Below are positions 1 to 11,998 of a stretch of 64,000 nucleotides of DNA, piece by piece. The notes under the pieces were generated by a model, which did not search any database, had not been told where the DNA came from, and worked only from the letters and a program-made list of their open reading frames with translations. The stretch is from positions 3,906,001 to 3,970,000 of the forward strand of contig CM102285.1 of the NCBI GenBank assembly GCA_046563655.1, written 5' to 3'. Numbering within the stretch: the first letter of the stretch is position 1; every line of letters starts with the position of its first letter. Position numbers and translations under genes: made by a program. Source of the DNA: Yuukianura sp. NJ FZ-2021. Lineage: Eukaryota.

Positions 1-2943
1 CCAAATCCAAGTCAGGGTGTCATTGACAAACCTATTCTAAAACCTCAGAAATTATCATTTTGGGATGAGGTAATTCTCGTTTTACAAGTGGTTCAGATGA
101 CTTTTAGTCCTTAGGAGAGAGTGTAAAGTGTAACTGTAAACCACTGGGAATTGTAACTAGAGTCCCCCATGGGGATGGCAAAAAGATGTGACACAATATG
201 CTTCGTATTATTCGTCTGTGTAATCAGAGAGACTCAAGTAGCGGAGGGGGAGAATGATGGGGCTAAGGACTTTGTTTAAGTTTTTAAGCGATGATGAAGA
301 GCATGATGATGAAAGTGAAACCTTAAAATGTCAACTTACACTTTTGTATTTGCTACAATTTGTACTGCGCAAGTATTACTGCCTAAGTATGTTTCTCCAC
401 TTGACATTAGACAGATATCCGAAAACACTTGAATCCAGTACCGTGAATTTTTTTTTTACTTCTAGTAATTTCTGATTTTTTTTTTTTTTTATAATTTTAG
501 TAATTTTGTAACCTTTGCAATTCTAAAAGTTTTGTAATTTTCTAAAAACTAGACCTATTGTTTGAAATACTTGTAGTCATATGCAGGGTAGTCAAAAATA
601 TGTGCTACAACCTCCGAAATATTGGCAAAAAAATATTTTTTTTAAATTGCCCAAATATTTACAAATTTTTGGGCAACAATATTTGTGCAAATATATAAAT
701 ATTTATTATTAGAAAAAGGGAAATATTTTCATTAACATTACAGGCATGGAGAGTAAATATTTTTGACATCCCTCATCATATTTTATTTTAACATGATGTT
801 AATTGATTGATTTTCTTGTTCTAAATTTAAACACAGACATTTTCTGGCGGGATTTAGTAGGATGAACCCGATTTATGAAAAGTCGTCCAAAGTTCATTTG
901 TGTGACGGCACCGCCTTAACACATAAGATTGGTCGTGCTCAATTGCACCGTGAAATTTTTGACAAATGAGACATGTCAAAGCCCAGTTCCCAATCTTGTC
1001 CAAAAATGCCTTGGTTCAAAGTTCTACGGCTAGTGAAAATGGCAAATGGTGATGACTTTATGGCATTCATTAACCTTACAGCTCCGTATCTCATAAAAAA
1101 GAGTAACCATAACATGGAATGGAGGGAGGGAGACGTCGCACGGTGCAGCGGTTCGTGCAAAGACCAATTTAGTCCAGTGCTTATACAAAATGGAAATGTC
1201 AATGTCGCTCTTGACGTCAACGTCGACGCACCTTCACCTCTACTGTATTTCCCAAGAGCCTCCAGCACAGAGGCAGGAACAGAGCAAACAAGAAAACAGA
1301 CGCTCTCCAACCCTACTTAAAATTCTGTTCCATATTCCTACAGTTTTTCTGTTTTTCCAAAGTTCAAAATCATAAAAACAACAGAATTGTGTTTCACAAC
1401 AACTTACGGCACAGCGGCAATAAATCAAAAGAAAAGAAACGTTTCGTCATTCATAAGAACGCACACGCAAACGGAATATAGAGCTACATAAAAATCAAAA
1501 TCGAAATAAAAAAAAATCAAATTGAAGCATAGCAGATTCCACTTTTTTTTTTTTTACAGTTTTCTTTCTTTTACAGTTTCAACAAATCAAACAGTTTTTA
1601 TAGATCAAAAATCAATTGTCCTTTTTAAGTCCAAAACTTAGTATACTTTGTACACAGACCTAAACCACTTTTCAAAACGATATTCTTTGTTACTTTTAAA
1701 ATTCATACATTCTACAACTGCATGCAAGTTGCACAAAAGTAGAACTTTTAATTTGACACAACACAAAGGATACTGCTGGACGTCCCATCTCCCTGGATAA
1801 CAAAATCGTCCAGAAGATCCACCATTGTTAAATTGCTATTTACATTTCAAAATGTCAATTTTTATCATTCTGCCTCCCATTCTGCTCTCAACTTCTGTCA
1901 CTCTGTATCTGTCATGGACAAAGCGGCAGGCAGCATTTCCGTGATGCTTCTGCCTTGAGGTTATTGCTCACTCTACTTTATTATTTTCAAAAAACGAACA
2001 CATGAACACTAAAATATACAATAGAAGGATCTACTACTAGCAGATTTCCTCCTCTACGTCAAAACATAACTTCTATTCTGTCTCTCTCTGCACAGGTCAG
2101 AGACAGTGCAATGAACTCTAGAAACAGTTCAGAACATGCCGCATCCTCCGCATACTTTCACATTCAAACTTGAAACTTGCAGCTTTTGCAACCGCTTAGA
2201 CAAAGTTTTTCTAAATCCGAACATGTAGTCACCGAAGCCAACCCCGAAAAAGAAGTTAGGCTGTGCACAGACCGACGCTCATTTCCTTCTTACACACATT
2301 TCTATTTTCAAAACGGGAACAAAACTATACTTTAGCGTTTTTTTTAAACTTCCTTTAAAACATTAGTTTGTTCCTTTGGAGCCAAGAGACTCTTTTTTTG
2401 AATGCTTGAAATTGTAGCAGGGCATAATGGCAAAAGACATTTATCCAACCGTCGCCCACATTATTATGCTCGTAACCAATGAATCCGGGGTTGCAAAACC
2501 AACGAAAGAACGAAACGGATTTCATTTGGAACTTGAATAGCCTAAGACTATTATTATAAGATCCAATAAACAACCGCAGAAAAAGCCATTCTAAATTTTC
2601 ACACTTATGCCTTTCTCTCCCATGCCATTCTGCATAGCCCAACTTATACGCACTAAAACGGTGCCTACAAAACCCACACTTAAGAGCCAAAACTGTCAAA
2701 AATCCACAGTTTCGCAAACACTTTCGACATTTTTTTTATTCTAAATCTTACTGAATTTGTACAAATTATTTAGCACATCACCTTTAAAACTTCGCGTGGC
2801 ACTTTTACACAACACTTAAACCCCTTATAAGGTTATACTCAACACTAAAAAAAAAACAAAACCAGGAAATAATTTTGCGAGTTGTCTCTAATGGCAGTCT
2901 TTGACAGATGGGAAAGAAGATGACCTTGTTCCAATGTCCAGCC

Positions 2944-3340
2944 TAGGGGTCGCATTATCGATAACATTTGCTTATTATCGATAACCGATAATTATCGATA
3001 ATTTGGGCCTTCCATTATCGATAATCCGATAACGATAATTTCACATGTAGAGGGTATGGGCCATACAAAGCAGGTGAAAAAATCCTCGCAATTTACGAGA
3101 CAAACGTGATTTTTAGTTGAACTTCAATTTTATTTAATTTAGAACAATGTGATCTTGTTAAAAAATACTCTGCATTAATTTTGATAGATTTATGGAAATC
3201 TTTGAATTACATACCCCTCAACATGGCGCATATTATCGACAATTATCGATAACGACGGAAAAATTTCGATAATTATCGATAATTTATTATCGATAATTAT
3301 CGATAATTATCGAGAATAATTCTCGATAATGCGACCCCTA
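2944..3340. mobile_element. Non-autonomous hAT-type MITE (397 bp)
   Basis: Perfect 18-bp TIR TAGGGGTCGCATTATCGA at both ends. 8-bp TSD GTCCAGCC at 2936-2943 and 3341-3348. Subterminal TATCGATA repeats, no coding capacity. Confidence 0.92.
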
Positions 3341-6300
3341 GTCCAGCCCTTGACCAATTCTCTGCCAGCATGCATATATATGCTATGTATTTCTAACAAA
3401 TGTGTGGTAACAAGGGGATTTAAGACGGCGCGTGCAGGTTATAAAATGTCTGCACATTCTTCCACAAAAAATCTGCACAAAAAAGTTGAATCGAATCACC
3501 TTCGTCTACTGACATTTTATTTGGCAAAAGAACAAAGGAGCAGTTCAGACTTTCATCCCTGCAATTCCACATCAGAATCAGACATAAGAAGAAACTAAAC
3601 TGAACATGGAACATGAACATTCGAATCTGGGACCAGAACTAGCAAAACGACTTACGACGATCGAACAACTTCAAAGCCCTCCATTCATTGCGCAATTTAA
3701 CTGCAAAGGCAATTGAATGCTCAATTGATCCCGAAAAATTTTGAAATGGAGATACAAAAATATCGATTCAAATTCAAAATGGAATTTACTGAAAAAGAAA
3801 ATGCATAATTCGAATTGATTTAATTCCATAAGTAAGTTACCTCGCATGTCTAATTTCCATAAAACCATACTTGCAGAGAGTGAAAAACGTTGTGTGATCG
3901 ATCGACTTTTGGTTGAAAATGACCTGGTTCAAATGTATCGCACGCAATATCGTAAGTTAGATATGTCTCAACCTTAGCTTATGTTCTTGTGCACATTTTT
4001 CAAGGATCCTGGAAGTCAAATCCAATTTACGAATGAAAGAAAACAGAAATTCTTGTTATGCTCTTGTGACAAAGGTTCTCAGAAATGTCAAAAAGTTTGG
4101 CCGATACAAAGACCTAGTTTCAAATAAACAATGACAGCAATAGAAAAACTTAAAAAAGAACAACAAAAGGCATCCGCCGCCGTCTTGAACAAGAAAATTG
4201 TTCAAGGAAACGACGCAAATGAGCGGAACTGGTTAATTGGCTACATTAAAAAGTTCCAAAGTTTTTGCAGGGCATACCACGCCGCTGACTATTGCACCTT
4301 TAAAAGCATCATTATTATGGGAAAAGAACAAAGAAAAATTGGAGTTGCTGACTGCTGCTGTGCTGACTAAGAAAACCGTCGTGCAGAAAACGTTGAGCCA
4401 GTGTTGGCAAAAACGTGCAAATAATGAACAGGAAACCTGAGTGCGCATGGAGAGGCACGGCCAAAAGAAAACAACAATGTACGTCAAACCCAAACTTACA
4501 ACAACATCTCTCGTAGTCGTTTGATTACGAAAATGTCAATGCCAAACCTACCAGTCTCAAGGTGAACTTGGCGCTTATACAATATACAATTTGACTCCGG
4601 GCATTGTGGCAGTAGGGTGGGTGGGGGTGCAGGAATTACGCACCATCAAAATTACAACTTTTTAAGATCGTCTTAAAACTGTGACAAACGTTGCAATGCG
4701 CCAAAAAACTACTCATTCTGCCTTCCTCCCGTCGTCTAGTACACAGAACTGCACCCTCCAAAAGCGCTTAATGCATTCATTTGTACACTAGGGTGAAATT
4801 TCGAAATAAGATTTTTGTTTACTAATTTTTTGTGTACTGTAAAACCAGACGTATTTCTGCATTCTTGTTTTGTCTCATTTTTTTTTGTCTACTCGCTTCT
4901 AAAACTCTGCAACTCTGCTGTCTCTCAATATTGCATGTTTAATTAATTCCTTAAAAAAGATGATAAAGAGTGACTACTTACTGTTTTAAAAAGCATAACA
5001 AGAACGTCGAATCTCATAACCTAACGCTATTTTGGTTTAAATACTTTATGACAGCGACTATGGACGATTGTTCAACAATTTAAATAACGTTGGACGAAAC
5101 TGCTATGTAGATTTAAACTTGAAAATGAAAGCCAAAGCCTTAAGGACGGGTAAGAGGCAGCGTTTGTTTACGATTTGCTGTCAGCCATTGCCGTTAGTAA
5201 CATAGCAAAATCAATGCTCAAACGTGCAAAAGTCGGCACTCTTTCGAATGGTTGTCGAATCAAAGTTTTTCAAAGTACAACATTTCAAGTAATCTGGGGC
5301 TCAACAATCAACGTATTCCCATGGAGACGGCTAATTTCAGTGCCGACTTTCGCTAATTTGCAAATTACTATAGAATTTCATCTACTTTGGCTAATTAGAT
5401 GTTCATTATAAGACCTAGAAATGCGTTTGAGGTGTCTAAAAATCCGGAAGACCATGGCGCTTAAGTCGCCGTGACCAAATTTCTGAATTTTTGTATCATT
5501 CCACGCTTAGAAAAAATTGAACTTTGTATTCAATTTTTAGTATTATTTCGCAACAAAAATTCAAATTCCGATCACTGCTCTGTATTTTACAGGTAATGAC
5601 GAATTTTTAGAGCCCTTGTACACATTTCTACGATATACCTGTGAGTTCTAATTAGACCTTAAAGTTAGTTAATTTGAGGCGAAACGAGACACCCCGTTGC
5701 CATGTGTGATTCCTTCTTAAATCGGAAATCGGATTTTGGAAACGACACCATACCCAAGAGAAGAAAACCGAAAGTGATCTTAAGTTTATGATGTGCTACA
5801 GCATATTTGACTCAGATTATGTAATGAATACACTGAAATTCGTTTGTTACCTGATTCCTGTTGTCGACACGACTCCATCATCATTGATCTTCAATTCGTT
5901 ACTTGATATTCGTTGTCTTTCTCTCAGAAAAAGTTAGTGTTGGATTTCGCTTTCAGTGGTAGTATGATGGCCTTGACCGACGCTGCCCTTCATTCACGAT
6001 CAATTCGGAGTGAAAGTAATGTTCTTCTCAATTGTTCTAACACCTTAGTCTTTGCTTATAGTTTGTAAAAATTTCACAAGGGAGAAGATACAGCTGAGGA
6101 TTGTTGCATGTCAACACGGTCATTCCCTTACTGGATCACTACTGTTCTCTCTCTGGGTACTGAAAAGCGGAAACAATCACACTTGAGTTAATTCAATGCT
6201 TAGTATAGGAATTATAGACAGTTGACCTAGTAGCCAATTGTGGCACGATTACTTTGGTGCGAGCACGGGCGAAGACGTCCTCCTTCGGTGAGTTGTTGCA

Positions 6301-7256
6301 TGTGAATGGTAGTGGTCCAGGGAGCAGAAGCGTGTGTAAAAGTGTGAAGATGCTTGAGAGCCAACTTGGGATGACAGTTGAGTGAAGGAGGGAAGAAAAG
6401 AGGCACATCACATCACACAACAAAGTGTATCATGGCGGAGGTAGTGGGTCTTCTGGAATGATATAATGATAAGCATAGAATTGCATTTTATACAAGTTAT
6501 TTTCGAAATTATTCGATGTATTACCTTACGAATAGGTGCACAACACCAGCAGAAATATTTATTGCTTTATGTATGAGCGAAAATACGACGATGGTACGTC
6601 CAAAAACGAGAGATAGGAAGAGTAGAATTAAAAATGCGAGGGAGAAATTCCATAACAATTGTAATCCCGCAATAAGGTCCACTCCATACTCCATGCAAAA
6701 CTCCTTTGCTTCCAGGGCCATACTAAACCACGGATTCCGTGATATTTTTATGGATTTGGATCATCCAGCTAAAATGCCGAACTTAACTGCACGCCGCCAA
6801 TGCCAATGCCAAATCCTGTCAAAAATGTAGAGCATGTAATACAGCAATACGTCAACAAGTAGAGTTTAAATAGGATTAGTTTAGATGGCTAAAATTATTT
6901 CAAAAGTTGGTTAAAATTGGATTTCTGTCATTCAATTTATAGAACTTGTATTTTATATGTGCTTTTAATACGTACTTTTGAGTTGGATTCTTGTAATTAA
7001 ACTTTTAAAGCGTATTCTGGTCCTGGCTTATCATCATCGAATATGCAGTGACATTTGATTTGACATACTCGAAGGTCCTTAATAGGTAGAAGGATTTCTC
7101 AGTTTATTTTTTCGAAACTACTATTTGAAACGGACTCACAGTTCATCCATAACAATGGATGGGGAAATGAGCTGACTACCAACTGCACGACATTGGTTTC
7201 ATTTTGCTACGTAGAACTAGAACAACTCAATTGATCAAGTATTTAGTAGATGAATT

Positions 7257-7781
7257 TTAGATTTCGTTGTCCAGAATAGCAGGGCCGTACGAATTCATTT
7301 TTGGCGGTTCGGCATAACGTTGAACCTTTGGACCCAATCCCAGTTCACCTTTTACGTACTGTTTCCAACGTTCGTCCATCATGGCTACAATCCTCTTAGC
7401 CTGAAATCATATAAACAAAAATGTGGGTCATGTCAATCGCAAAAAAGTTTCTAAGTAAAACAGACTATGTTTCTAGGATCCAACCCTTGGAATGTTGGAA
7501 TTAGTTGGAAGCGTAACGTGTCTTTGTACCTGCTTAACGGCGAACATGCATTCAGAGAGGTCATGGTAATAATCTTTACAAGCGGACTTGGCTTTAATAT
7601 GTCCATAAGCCTCTTGACAGTCCAAGTAATTTGCTTCAAAACTACTGCAAGGGTCCCCGTGGTCACAATGTAGCAGAGGAGCGGCGATGTCCGTTAGTGG
7701 AGACCTTAGGAAAGGTGCAATTTCTCCAATTCCTTCTTCGAGTGGTTTCGGGTCCATCATTCGTTGTAAACCGCTACCCAT
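7257..7781 (-). CDS. NDUFS5: NADH:ubiquinone oxidoreductase subunit S5 (15 kDa subunit), 2 exons
   Basis: Exons 7781-7530 and 7400-7257 with a GT-AG intron. Translation ...PFLRSPLTDIAAPLLHCDHGDPCSSFEANYLDCQEAYGHIKAKSACKDYYHDLSECMFAVKQ|AKRIVAMMDERWKQYVKG...AEPP has the twin CX9C pattern and the PFLRxPLTD and ERxKQ motifs of insect ND-15. Confidence 0.9.
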
Positions 7782-8997
7782 TGTCGTTTTTATGGATACA
7801 GTATAGAGGACGAACCGTAGGCAAACTTTAGCTTGATTTTCTTTTCTGCTCCAGAGCCCGGTAACTTTTGCCCTAGAAATTCCACGAAAAATCAAATCTA
7901 GTATCTATTTAGCTTAAAGGTATCGGTTTAAAAGAATTAAAATACATAGTTACATCTCAACAGTAACACCATTCACATAATTAACATCTAACCCGTGTAC
8001 TCCTACTCCTAGTCCGTACTTACCTACCTCGGACGAGCGGTAAAGGTGGAGGACCTACTACTAATAAATCTACCCTTGAACAGTTTTTATTTATTTGATT
8101 TGTTGTTTGTTTGGGAATAAGATTTTAGTTGATTTTTTAGTACATAAATCCTCAATTCACTTGTAAAATTCCCCCTAAAAAACAGCTGGTTTTTACAAAT
8201 CTTCCACACCGTTGAAGATGGCGCCAATTTACAATTAACGAATGACGATTTTCATAAGGACGAATGACCATTATTGTATCCATAAACTGTAGTAGTGAAT
8301 CCAGCCATTTTTGGTGGCTACAATAGGCAGCCCACCTGACTGTAACTCTGGTAACCACTCTGTTGTGGCACTGGCAATTCTTGTAACCACTTTAACCTAA
8401 CTTAAATCAAAATGACAACAAGCTACCCAGTTATCCACTAAAGATTACTGGAATGACTACAACAATGGTCGATAAACTTATTGCAACCAGAGATGAATGG
8501 ATGACTCATCGTCGTTCGCAGCCTTTTCCTGCGTTACTGTTGGGCATCACTTGAGTACTAAAAATTAAGTTTTATACCACTCATTAAAATGAACGATCTA
8601 CAACAATTAATTTAACTTGTATTACTATAACTTTAATTAAATTGAATGTAATTTTGAAATCCAGCGTATTATTAATTAGTGGATTACAATTTATAGTAAA
8701 TCTCTTTTGTCAGAAGATGAGTAACCCTTTGTGAAACTCTGTGGTGTAAAATTAACTCCCAGTTCAATCCCCAGTTCATTAACATTTTTCGTTGGAAATT
8801 TACATCAAGCAGAAGAAACAGCAGCAAGAAAATATCGCAAAACAGGAAGATCATCTGCCTTCGACGTCTGGATCTCAGATCACAGATAGTAATGTCAGAT
8901 TGATTTCTGAGGTGTTGGTCGTCAATTAGTGTATTAAGTATTACTGTTACTAAAGTCATTAACTTCAGCAACCAGGTGGTACATTAGGTGACTCTTT

Positions 8998-11371
8998 ATG
9001 GGAAGCTTCGGTGAATCAAATCCAATTATTCCGGCGATGATGGAGAAGAACCTTGAAAACGTCTGGTAATGTCGTTGATACTTTTAAGACTGGCTTAAGG
9101 AAGGCAACGTTGTCCTTGTCAGCGATTTGTTTTAATAGATACTTACTTGCTTGAGTCACGTTCTAGATCTAATTGTTTATTTCGTTTACTAGGTCCTCAA
9201 TTTTAGGCGAAGTTCGATCAAATTCTTCGAATAAACTTCCTTCGGGCAAAGCCATAGTTGTCTTAGGTAAAGTGTAGCTATTTTATTTCTAGTCTGATTT
9301 TAAAATTCTTTTGTTTGTCATTCTATTCTGATCTAACTTCTTCAACGGAGATTATGAAGTTATTCGACTGGATACTTATGAATACAGATGAACTAGTACC
9401 TGCATGATAACTTGTGAAATCGTAGAAACATAGGATTAACATTAGTGCATTTATTTTGTGAGAGACACATTCACGTGGAGCAGTTTTAATTATACAACAT
9501 TTACAACTTAATTTTCAATAGTGACTCTCACTCTAATATATTTTCTTTTTCACAGGTGACCCGGAGACTGGCAAAACAACGTTAGTTGCAAAATTGCAGG
9601 GAATAGATGCTCCTAGGAAGGGATCGGGGCTGGAATATGGATATCTGGACATTCGAGATGATTATAGAGATGGTAAGCTTTAAATTAGTGTAACACGACG
9701 GAACGGAATGCAAATAACGCACACTTTAGTTCCACTTCCAATTCTTCCTCATTCGATTCATCGAAAGTGCAAGTAAAAACTAATCTTTTACTTAATTTTA
9801 GATTCAACTCAGCTTGGGGTTTGGGTACTTGATGGCAACGCAACTCACTCGAATCTCCTACGTTTCACATTATCTGAATCCACGTTCAGTGACACTCTAA
9901 TAATGCTCACAGTATCAATGGCCACGCCTTGGTCAATGTTAGAACAACTCCAAACTTGGGCTGAAATCCTTCACGATTATGTTGACACCCTAAAATTGTC
10001 TCCCGACCGCGTAAGAGAATTACGCACGAAATGTGTCCGAAGGTGGTTGGACTACGTTGAACCAGGAGATGAGTTAGACTTAGCCGGTAGTGCGAAATCT
10101 AGTTCCAGTAACAAGGATTCCAAAAATCATCTCGACGATGAGCCTGTCCTTCCTGGAAACACTCTAAACAGAAACATGGGCCTGGATATTATAGTTGTTG
10201 TAACAAAGGTACGTGCTTTCTTGATAAAGCTCTACAACAACTTCAACATAGTAAATCCCATCGTTTGAACCCATTCTCATTTACTCAACAGACGGACCAC
10301 ATTACCACGCTGGAGAAAGAGAACGATTACTTGGACGAGCAGTTCGACTTTATTCAATATCATGTCCGTCAGTTTTGTCTGCAGTACGGTGCAGCACTCT
10401 TTTATACTTCGGTCAAGGAGGACAAGAACTGTGATCTCCTCTACAAGTACCTAGTCCACAGGATCTATCACCTTCCGTTCAGAACACCAGCTCTCATTGT
10501 GGAGAAAGACGCTGTTTTTATGTAATTCAACACTACTGCATTCCTCAACTTTTAAGTTTACTAATCGGAACTGAACAACTAATTTTCAATGTATTCTGTT
10601 TACCTCGGAGCAGTCCTGCTGGGTGGGACAACGAAAAGAAAATGGCAATTCTGCATGAGACGATGACATCATTCAAGCCCGATGCGTATTACAATGACGT
10701 ATTACCAAAACCAATTAATACAAGAAAGGTAAATATTGTGAACATTTATGAAAAAAACATGAGGATAAGACAGATCACAGATCTTTGAAACTGTTCAATT
10801 TTGTTCCAGGCGGTGAGGACAGAGTTTGAGGTGGAACTGGAAGATGAACAATCATTTTTAGAAAGGCAACTAGGCATTCTGCAACAACAGGTAGCTAGCA
10901 CGAAGGACAATAGGCAGTCGCCCTCACCCCACACTCAGAAGCCACGAGTTACGCCCACGATTACGCCTACCTCAGGTGGAACACCACGGAAAGTAAGCTT
11001 GCCATTTCAATGAATCACGACTGTGAATAGTAAATCAAAGTAATGCGTGGCTCGAGATTGTTAAGAGGGGAAACGATTTTTTAATTTCAGACTGACCAGC
11101 CAACGGACCGAGTATTAGCCAATTTCTTCAACTCATTACTTAGCAAAAAGTCAAGCGGATCACCGGGTTCCCCAAAATCAAATGGTACGCCTAATACCAA
11201 GTTTAACAAAACTTATGTACTATTAATGTCACTTCATTTGAAACTGCAAAGTTAAAATGCTTTCGTCATTGTTTTTGTCTTGCAGAGGAGACCAGATCCG
11301 AGGCCGCTGCAGAATTGGACAGCCTAATTAGTAAGAAGGAGTTGAATAGCTTGAACTCATCCGACTGTTAG
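8998..11371 (+). CDS. DYNC1LI: Cytoplasmic dynein 1 light intermediate chain, ~9 exons
   Basis: Spliced translation [38 protein letters not shown] (P-loop), [98 protein letters not shown]. Start codon uncertain (8998 or 9037). Confidence 0.95.
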
Positions 11372-11998
11372 CTACTAGGATTTCATCACATTCAGCGAGT
11401 CATTCGATTTTGCTAAATTCGATGACTGTGGGCTCTGGGAAGGCGAAATCCCCGAGTGCATGCGCTATCGTAAATCAATTCGGATTGAATGCCAGAGTAT
11501 TTCAATTCAGAAAAGCAACATCTTCCGTTGTTTAGCCTATGCGGTGTTACTTTATTCAGCCAAAATAAATTTTAATTTATCTCACTCTAATTTCACAACA
11601 ATGAAATCAAGTCAAATTAAAACAGAAATATTTCCAAGAGATGTAAACGCTAGACGGTTTTAGGTTGTGGCTCAAGAATAAGACCAGAATTTGGAACATA
11701 GATGCACAACAGTAGCTTAAAAGTAAATGCAACAACTATTCCTTTCGGTCTCTTATGAAACTGTTGTTGTTTAAGGCTGCTTAGTTAGCTCTTACTTTCA
11801 ACATTAACATTTACTAAATCATAACAAGGTGAAAGCTTGATTTAAAATAAATTTTGTCTACCAGGAATAAAAAACGCAAAAATAGTTCATGTTTTCTTCT
11901 TTAAAAAAAGTTTAAACTTACACATTCTTCACACCGCTTCTCGAGATTCAACTGTCAAGCAGGGAAGACTTTGTCAGTCATAGTTTTCGTTTAAAATT

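Noticed and set aside
2950..3335. Regularly repeated ATTATCGATA motifs as a CRISPR-like array
   Set aside because: Eukaryotic context, no unique spacers of constant length, and fully explained as MITE subterminal repeats.
3450..4520. Exon-like fragments with GT/AG sites and short ORFs (e.g. 4131-4370)
   Set aside because: The spliced frames I tried contain stops and no family is recognisable. It may be a pseudogene but cannot be supported.
6030..6830. Hydrophobic minus-strand ORF pieces (6521-6721, 6193-6423) with splice-like sites
   Set aside because: In-frame stops and no recognisable homology. Could be a decayed membrane-protein gene or non-coding sequence.
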